Assembly: GCA_028534125.1 (NCBI GenBank) | Contig: CM052817.1 | Span: 11,224,001-11,288,000, forward strand | DNA: 64,000 bases | Direction: 5' to 3' | DNA from: Lama glama | Taxonomy: Eukaryota | Part shown: in pieces, positions 55,181 through 64,000 of the stretch | Numbering within the stretch: position 1 is the stretch's first letter | Layout: each line of letters starts with the position of its first letter | Translations under genes and position numbers: made by a program | Notes under the pieces: generated by a model | The model's input: the letters and a program-made list of their open reading frames with translations, nothing else | Told to the model about the DNA's origin: nothing | The model's database searches: none

Positions 55181-55909
55181 CCAGGGAAAAGGGAGCCCAT
55201 TGACCCTCGTGTCTGGGAAGGACCTCCCAGAGTGGAGGGAAATGGTGTGTGAGGCAGGCAAGGCCCTGGGGGCTGGGACTAGGACATGATGCACCCACTC
55301 ACACTCTCTCTCTCCTCACCTCTCACCTCTGCTGGCTTCTGCTTGTCTCCATTCTGCAGACTTGCTCTCCCCACATAGGAAGGACAGCCAACAGCTGCCC
55401 TAGTTCCTGCAATCACAGTTCTGCTGTTCCACCAGAAAGGGAATTTCTATCTCCCAATATTTGAATATCAGTCCATCGAAGGGTTCTCCCAGCCCAGGTC
55501 ACTTGCTCATGGCTGGGATGGAAGTGGAGCAGCAAGAATGAGGGCCCCCTAAGAACCACATGGAAAGGCGGAGGAATTCTCCAAAGGGGGGAAATGGAAA
55601 GCATGTTGGATAGACAGACAAACAGACCAACTGTGACCTCAGTCAGCTGTCTCACTCTTTCCCCCAAAGACCTTAAATCCCCTCTGTGTATCCCTTTCCT
55701 TTTCTTACCTGACCGGTTAGTCTTGCCTTCTCTACCTCTCAGGGGATTGGGATCCAGTTCTAGTATCCACAAGATTAAGTTCAAACCTACAAGAGTTGGG
55801 GGCATGGGGTGTGGCTAGACATTGGAGGAATAATGCTTTGTAGGATAATCCAGAAAGGATTCTGGACTAGAGTTTAGTCCTTGCTCTGTACCAACTGTGA
55901 TATTGAGCA

Positions 55910-56340
55910 TGTAGAGGGAGTCCACTGCTCAGATCCTCCTTCCAGAACCTGATGTGAGGAGTACAGCCAGTTGGTACCTTTTGATACACTGTGACCGTCA
56001 CACCTAAGCTGCTTCTAGCCACCAACCAAGCCCAGTGGGGGGAACAAAGCTGGGCTATCTCTGCCCGACATAAGACTCTAATGTTCCATCTCGGCTCAGG
56101 AGCTCCTCATCGGCCCGGCTAAGACTCTTTCTTAGCTAGACTGCAGTCTGTGGATTCTCCTACCCACTCCTTCCTTCCCTCTCCCCTTTCACAGGTCTCA
56201 GCCCTGCATCATGGTCAGTAGATGCTCCCCATCTACTCCTGTTTCCTCTCCCTTTATTCTTCAGACACTTCTCCCAATGAATCTCTTGCTCATCTAAATT
56301 TGTCTTGGTGTTCACTTTTTGGAAGATCCAAACTGACACA
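55910..56340 (+). mobile_element. ERVL solo LTR (LTR16-like) inserted in a MIR
   Basis: ccttccttccctctcccctttcacaggt...ctcccaatgaatctcttgctcatctaaatttgtcttggtgttcactttttggaagatccaaactgacaca. TG...CA ends. Confidence 0.7.
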
Positions 56341-56879
56341 CATGTCAACACTCCATTTCTCATCTGTGACACCAAAGGAATTGGACTGGATGTCTGGAGT
56401 CTTTACAAGCTGTAAAATTCCACCTATTTGGGGGATTCTAGAAGGTTATCCCTGTTTGATGAAAGAAGAGAAAGAGGACTGAGCATCCAGATCTCTGATC
56501 CACTGCTACTCAGGGGCTATGATCATTGCTCTTTTTTTACATTTTTATCACAACAAAGAACTTCCTTTTGGTAATGTCTTATCAAGCAAGGTAAATAATT
56601 CTGGGTAATGTTTCAAATGGCTATAAACACTTCAGGGACTGGCTGAAAACTCTACACATGGCTTGACGCATCACTTTATCTTAGCCGATAGTTCTTATAT
56701 TTCAGTAAACAGAAAAGACCCTTGGGGATACCTTATTACAGGCAGGTTCCTGGACCCAATGCATAGAGAGCTTCACTCAAAAGGAGGATGGTGGCTCCCG
56801 GGAATCTGCCTTTTCATCCAGCTCCCTAGTGACTCTGACTCTGATTCATGGAATAAACTCTGAGAAATAAGAGCCTTGA

Positions 56880-57019
56880 GGGGAGGGTATAGCTCAAGTG
56901 GTAGAATGCATGCTTAGCATGCACAAGGACCTGGGTACAATCCCCAGTACCTCCTCTAAAAACAAATAAATAAGTAAACCTAATTACCTCCTCCCTACTC
57001 CCCAAAAAAGAAAAAAAAA
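56880..57019 (+). mobile_element. tRNA-Ala(AGC)-derived SINE, camelid Vic-1-like
   Basis: Head ggggagggtatagctcaagtggtagaatgcatgcttagcatgcacaaggacctgggtacaatccccagtacctcc (A box, AGC anticodon arm, mutated B box), then aaataaataagtaaacctaattacctcc body and A-tail. Approximate TSD aagagccttga/aagagcttttga. Confidence 0.85.
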
Positions 57020-60000
57020 GAGCTTTTGATAGAGTAAATTTACATTTTCTTAAGATTTACAATAATTTACTGAGAACCTATAGTGTGGTTATGGGAAGCT
57101 ATACAGAGTCATTAACTCTGTGTTTGTGGGGTGGGGATGTGGGCCAAGATGATTTCTTGCAGGTGGTGATTTCTTGCAGCAGGTCATAAAAATAAGAAGG
57201 AACTCATCTCCTAGCCAGCAACATGGTAAAGGCACTCCCAGTATGTTTGGATCGCATTAGTCTGGGGGGCTAAGGAGTCCTGGGGTTGGTGAGCAACAGA
57301 AGAGACCCTGGGAGGGAATGCAGACCTTCTGCTTTATCTCAGTTACTGCCTTGAACTTTACTTTCCAGATCTGTGGTATTGACAGAAAGTATCACTTCAG
57401 AAGTTTAGGCAGCAACCCTCTTGTCCAGATACAACACAAGGTCAACAAAAAGTTGAAAATGCGTCAGAAGTGGTAAATGCTAGTTGTTTTTTCTTCCCTG
57501 GCATTACACACGCTAGAACTTAGAAATGCTCCGGATCAGAACCTCTCTCCGTGACGACATGGGATCTCTGCTCCTGCTCCCCGAGGTGCAGGCTGTATTC
57601 TGGGGCATCTCACAGCCCCAGGAGGGAGCAACTACATGTCTTTGGCAATCTCCCACTCTTTCAGAGTTAACCTGCTGTAAAGGACCAACTATCAGGGCAT
57701 CTCAGCCCCTAGATCCTTGTCAGAACAGGGATCAAGATCCTTAGGTCCACTGACAGTTCTCAGAGTAAACCCTTAGTTGTCCTTGGACCTGATATACGGT
57801 TTTGTCCCTTACACTTCAATCCCCTGTATACTTTTTCAAAAACCATTTTCTTTTTCATTATAAAAACAGTGCATGATTAAGGTAAACATAAATCAAAAGA
57901 ACCACAGTTTAAAAATTGCCCCCAATTAAAAGACTCCCCTTTTATAAAAAAGAGTCCATACATCCTACAATTTTAGGGGTGTAAGGATGCTCTGAAGTGC
58001 ATGGATAAGCCTCTTACTGTCAAAGTACCCCAGTTCAGGAACCCCTGAGATGAGGAAAAAGGAAGATAGAAGAGGTCAGAAAACAAGAACTCTCAACAGA
58101 AACATTTAAATGCTGAATTGTTAGTACAATGTATGTATTCAGCATTTGGTGCGTTGAACACAATAGGCTTAAATAAACAAGATTGATTACCTTAAAAAGG
58201 TCAAAAGAAGCCTAAAAATCACCTGTATCCCCACTGGTACAAAGAAATAGTCTTGCTAACTAATATGCAGAGAACAAGGAAAATGGCAAACACTTGGCCT
58301 GTGGTGACATCCTGAGACACTGAATTACCAGCCACCAGCCAGGAAGAGAGTTCTCCTGTTATGTGAGATAACACATCTCTAACTCTTAAACTACTTTTAA
58401 ATGTTGTGTCTCTCACTACTGCATCCTAACTGGCTTTCTGGGAGCCCCAAGCGCGATCCCTAAGAGACATCGTAAAGTCAGGTCCTCCCTGAGCCAATTT
58501 CAACGTCCACATTTGAGAGACGGGCAGCCTGTGGCCACAAGGGCCACCTGCAAGGAGAGATGTGGTTCCAAGGAGGCCCAGCCCGTCGGGGAAGTTGCTC
58601 AGCCGAGGGGCAGGGAGCCTGGAGAGCTGATTCTGACCCTAAAGAAGCAGACTAGCAGGTCCAGAAAGGTAGAGGTGTGGCGGGATGGGAGCTGTTCCCC
58701 TTGAGGGCCAGAAGCAGGTGACTTTCAAGGCCACCCTGGAGAGTAACAGAAGTTCTGAAAACACAATGACTGGCTCTGTTTACACTTACTCAGAGTGGGC
58801 AGAACTGAGCCTGGAGGTCCCCAGTACCAGGAACTGGGGGGAAGGGAAAGAGGCAGGGGCTGATGGAACCAGTGCCAATGTACCTTGCAAGGAGGAGAGT
58901 ATTACAGGACAGGAGAAAGAACAAGGGTTTTGGAATTGGAGCTTCAAGAGAGATTTGGAACCCACATCCGGCATGGGCGGACGGGTGAGTAAATGGATAG
59001 GAAGGCGAGGAGAGGGCAGATGGTGCACAGTGAGGAAGTGGTGAAGAGGATGGATGCGGAGAGATGGGAGGGTGGGTGAGTCAGTGACTGGGACACGTGA
59101 ATGGAGGGGCAATGGGTAACTAGATAGATGAACAAATGAATAATAACAACTCTTTGGGTTTTTGCTTTGCTCACAGAGAACCACATTCTTAAAGTGGGAA
59201 GGAACCTCTGGAGATCTCAGCACTTAAAACATTCCCATTTTAAGTGTGGTTCCATTTCACTGGTATCCCCAAAATGAGACCTAAGGAGGATGCCCAGGGT
59301 ACCCCAACAGTTTATGACAACGTTACAAAAATAAAAAGAAATAAAGTTACTTACTACAGGTCAGGCATGTAAATGAGAATTGCAAATGAATTCCCAAGAT
59401 GACCTATGATTCCACTCATCAATCAAACATCATCACTGCAAAAAGCCTTTGGCCGGTACGATACTGAATCTGAGACGGCTGCACTTGTTCAAATTAAAAG
59501 AACAGTAAAGATGAAAGCAATGCACGTCTCTTCCATTGGCAGCCAATGTGCCTGACTCCTGCATTCCTCTCTTAACCTCAGCGATGTGTCCTTGAAGGTA
59601 GCAGCTAATACTAATTCGCTTGTTTGTCCTCCAGTGAGCAAAACTGAAATGTCCTTTCAACTTTGGTAGCTGGGCTTTTGGTGCAGTTTCCTCTCACATC
59701 TGTTTGACCCCTGCCCTGATGTTATGTCATCCCCAACCCACCCACCCCATTGGGGTCCCTCCTGTGGGTTCCACTGAACCCCACACCCACTGCCAGTACC
59801 TCCTCCGTGGCATCACACCCACCAGAATCCCTCTCCTAGTTTATCAGGAGCCCATCACGTTATTTGCAGCCCAGCTCCTCACACAAAAAGGAGGTCAAAA
59901 ATGTTTTAGGAATAAATGAATCAGCTTGAAATGTTAAGATCAAGTTTTATTAAAATAGGGTTTAAAACTGTTCTGTAGGTATATTTTACTCAGATACAAA

Positions 60001-60209
60001 ATTTTATAATATATTTAAATGGAACACAGCATTATTTTAAAGATGTGGCAATTCTCCCACTTGCTAAAATCCGCTCTCTTGCTGTCAAAATTTCTACAGT
60101 CAAGTAATTCAGAGAGGGCTATTAACCGCTGGGACTGGCTGCTGAGAGAGGCTATTGGCTATCACACCCTGGAGGCCTTAGAAATTGACTAGGATTAAAA
60201 TATGTGATC

Positions 60210-61740
60210 CAGTACCTTTCCCAATTCTAAAAAATAACCAAGTGAAAAGGTTAAGGAAGGAACTGTTTACAATAGCAGCAAATACACACACACACACACA
60301 CACACACACAGAGGAACAAATGTAAGAACGTGTAGAGTTTAGATCTAGAAAACTTTAAAGCTGTGAGACATGAAAGAGTCAATGAGAAGACCTATAGTTT
60401 TTGAACAGGAACACTTAACCCCGTAATATGTAAATTCTCTCTAAATTAATGCATATGTGCAAGCAATCCCTATAAAAATATCAACAGGACTTTGGGTGGA
60501 GCTGGACATGATGATTCTAACATCAAAATAGAAAAACTGAATGGGTGAAAATCCAGGGATTATTTTGTAAAACAAGTGCAGTAAGAGTGGGCTAGTCCTA
60601 CCAGATATCAAAGCTTATTATAAAATTAAAATAGTCTGGTTGTAGACATGAAATAGATAGATGATTAGAACGAAAGAGAGAGGCCTGATGGCTAAGTTCA
60701 TGGTAAAGATGGCCTTTCGAATCCATGGGGAATGGCTGAATAATTCAGTAAATGGACAGAGCAATTGGTTAACGATTTGAAAAGGAATAGATTCATAATG
60801 ATCTCCTCCTTCAAAAGAAAAACCTCACTGGTCACCTTTGGGAGGTGCTAGAGAAACGAGCCATTATTTTTAAGGTAGGTAATCAAAGAAATACTATCAA
60901 GCATCTATTTTGCTTTTCCAGTATGAACTGCACCGCCAGACAGCCAAATAGGTGACAAGCTGAAGTTTCTCTTTACAGAAGTATTTAAACTATGAAATGA
61001 GGATGGAATGAGAGAATCAGGAAGTCATCAACAACCGCTAACATCACAAAACAATCAGGCAGCACGCTCCTCCTGAATGAAGTTCACACTTCCTATGAAG
61101 TGTTCTTACCAAAAAATTGAACCTGAATCTAATCAGTCTTGTAAATATAACCACCAATAAGGAAATACAAGTGGCAGAAGAAGCATCAAAAGTGTGCAAT
61201 CAGTAAAATCCAAACTATTGGAAACTACAGAACAAATAACCCAGTTTCTTTAACAAGTAAAGGGGGAGGGAGGGTGTGTTTCCGCGTGTGTTTCTGTGAA
61301 ACTATAGATTAAGAGAAACCTAAAACACATTACCAACCAGTTGAACTGCAATATATAAATCCTTATTTGAATCCCGATTTGAAAAGAAAATTGTAAAAAA
61401 TTTATGAGACAACACTACTGCAAGAAGAAAACATGGATTAAATGTCAACACTGACCAGATATTTGGTGATGTTAAGGATTTACTGTTAATTTTTTTCAAT
61501 ATGATAATGGTATTAAGGGTACGCTATAAAAAGAATACTTATCTTCCAAAGACAGAAATATTTATGAATAAAATACCTCTGAGATTGTTTTAAAGTAATA
61601 CAGATGTAGGGGAGTAGATACGGATCCAAATGAAGCAAGATTAAAAGACATTAGTCATTTCTGAAGCTGGGCAACAGGAGGACGATGTACTGAAAAGTTG
61701 TATATTCTTGAAACTTTCATAGCAAAAGCCATATAAAAAT
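60210..61740 (+). mobile_element. Old L1 (L1MC/ME-like) ORF2 and 3' UTR remnant
   Basis: tttacaatagcagcaaa...aattctctctaaattaat...gcaatccctataaaaatatcaacagg...cctaccagatatcaaagcttattataa...tatgataatggtatta. Confidence 0.75.
60284..60310. repeat. (AC)13 microsatellite
   Basis: Direct observation. Confidence 0.97.
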
Positions 61741-63166
61741 AACAATAAATGTCTTACTGGAGAGCACATGATTGGTATGACCAGAATCCTATCAAGAAAT
61801 CAAGTTGTAAGGAATCCTGCGGAATGTACGTCCAAGCTTCCCAGCCTCTGCGGCACATGCCAGAAACAGGGCTGAAGTATGTGTGAGTGAAGTGTTCCAC
61901 AATGTCCACCGTCAAATAGAGAACTCAAACCCTGACCTCTCTCCTAAAGGACCATTAAAAATACGCAACTGCCTTCCTGACACCTTGACTTGGATGCCTC
62001 TCAGGAGCTCCAAACTCAACATGCCAAAACCAGAACTAACGATCTCCACACAACTTACCCTGCCCTGCTACTAACCAGCTGCGGGACCTCAGAGAAGCCT
62101 CTTAGCTCCTTTAGTCTCCAGTGTGTGAACCGGGGGAATGACTGAGCCATCCCCAGGTCATTGCTAGCTCCAGGAATGGACTGGACTAAAACTTGCCCCG
62201 TTTTATTAGTACTGAGTTAATTATGCGTTGTATTTTAAAGACAAGTCACCTTAAAAGACACTTATCCTATATATTTTTAAAAGCAGCACTATTTCATGAT
62301 AATCTTAGCATCAGTCTAGCCATCAGTGATCATTTGTTCAATATCAGCAACTACAGGATATTTGGTAAAAATTTCAAATAGTCCATAATTGCTTTCAGTA
62401 TGGGCTCGGCTGCCTCCCTGCAGCCGCCGCCAAGGAGCTGTCTGTTGCTGTGAAGATGATTTAGATGGTTGGGTTTTGGGGGGGAGGGTGCCAGGCTTTT
62501 GTATCTGTTTCAGAAATGTGACAGGTGTAATTTTTTTCCAAGGCAAGAGGAAGAGATGGCTTTGACCTCTAGGGCCTGTTGAAGCATCTGCAGAAGGGTG
62601 ACTTGTCATTTTTATTGCATAAGTGAGGGGGCTCCCACAGCGAAGCGAAAGGGGTGATAAATAAGATTCCTGGAGGCCGTTAAGTGGCACTTAGTGGGAG
62701 GGGGCCCGGGTGACAGCTGTGCGCCGCTCAGTAGTCACAATCAGTCGCTCCTCTTCTCCGCGGCACCCTGCACTGCACGTTGGTGGTGGTGCTGGCCTTC
62801 ATTTCCACTCTGCCCAGCTGTCTTACCTGATTTAAGGTAGTAAAAAAAACTCCCAGTAAACCAGATTATCAGGCATTGCTAGTTACATGTGAATTGTCCT
62901 TTTAATTTTCAGAGAACTTAGAGTCTTAAAAGGCTTCTGGGAAATTGGGAAGCCTAAGCCATGGTCCTCCTTGAAAACCCTGGTTTACCAGCACCAGCTG
63001 TTGCATTTTTGCATAAGAGCCTGCGGGGCTTCCTGGAAGAAAGGCTTTTTCTCCAGGGGACCCTGGGACTTTGTGGACTCCTAAGATAGTAAACTGAAAG
63101 CTCTTCAAAGTCAATGTCCAGAGGTTGCTCCAGCCTTGAGTGGACAAGAACCTCGTCCTATGTCAT

Positions 63167-63389
63167 TGGTTCTGTTCTCAACCAATGGGTTGGATGGCAC
63201 CTCCCCATCCCCAACCCCCATGGTAACATCTTGAGACATTGCCGGTTGTCACAGCTGGGAGAGGGCTCCTGGCATTTAGTGAGTAGAGCGAGGGATGCTG
63301 CTAAATGTCCTACAATGTGCAGCACAGCCTCTCACAACCAAGAATGATTCGGCCCCAGGTATCAGCAGTGCCCAGGCTGAGATGACCTG
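63167..63389 (+). mobile_element. MER20 hAT-Charlie DNA transposon
   Basis: gagacattgccggttgtcacagctggg...ctggcatttagtgagtagagcgagggatgctgctaaatgtcctacaatgtgcagcacagcc...aagaatgattcggcccca...cagtgcccaggctgaga. Confidence 0.88.
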
Positions 63390-64000
63390 CCCCAGCCTGA
63401 GGTAATGTCTGGGCTCCATCCTGGGCCCTGGTTGACCGTCAGCACAAAGCGAGCTCGGAGTGTTCTCTGAGCCCTCAAGTATTCTCTGACCTAGAAACCT
63501 CAGAAACAAGTAGCTTGTGTCCCCAGAGGAGAGACTATGAGGAAACCGAAAGCATGAGGCTGCCCTCAGGGTCCTCACCAGGATGGTTGAAAGCCAGAGG
63601 GGAGGGCTGTCTCCGCACCTCCAGGAAAGTAAGCTCAGTGAGTGACAGGAACATCAGCACCTGGGCAGGGGCAGCAGAGGAGCCCCCTTCCCAAGGAGGA
63701 AGGATGGAGAAGGCACTGGAAGCAGCAGCCAAGAGGCAGGAAAAGTCAACACGAAAACAGGTGCCCCATCTGGGACCCACAGGGAAAGAGAGGGCAGAAT
63801 TTGGTAAGGGTGGTTATCCAGGAACCCTTTTGTAACTAAGTAAACCTTGACTGGACTCCTGGGTGGCCTGGAGATACAAGGAATTTATTTCACTTTCTTT
63901 TTGCAGCAACCCTGAGGCAGATAGGTGGTAGGTGAGGTGGGCACTGTGCCTTTTGGATCAGGACAGGGAGTCCTGGGGGAAGTTCACAGGGTGGTCCAGG

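Noticed and set aside
56880..56955. Apparent tRNA-Ala gene
   Set aside because: Mutated T-loop/B box, SINE body, A-tail and TSD indicate a SINE rather than a functional tRNA.

Overview
Mammalian genomic DNA, most likely a camelid, inferred from a tRNA-Ala-derived Vic-1-like SINE and the absence of recognisable Alu, B1, Bov-tA, PRE-1 or Can-SINEs. The only protein-coding gene I can support is FAM184B on the minus strand: seven consecutive internal coding exons (exons 2-8 by human numbering) at 29524-28772, 28008-27873, 26748-26609, 26060-25854, 18703-18593, 16796-16689 and 8982-8876. All have GT-AG boundaries and compatible phases, giving 1562 nt of open coiled-coil frame. Exon 1 appears to lie beyond the right edge and exon 9 onward beyond the left edge, so 29525-64000 is intron 1. 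The rest is intronic sequence with old L1, L2, MIR, MaLR/ERVL LTRs, hAT/Tigger MITEs, younger L1 3' ends and one MER41-like ERV1 solo LTR. Nearly all other ORFs in the track are spurious. I found no convincing novel biological system. The best leads are a strong in-frame alternative 5' splice site inside exon 7, a STAT/AP-1 composite in the MER41-like LTR, a TSD-flanked 175-bp retroposed insert of unrecognised origin, a twin-primed inverted L1, nested insertions and two motif-dense candidate enhancers. Repeat family names are from memory, not a database search, and most repeat boundaries are approximate.
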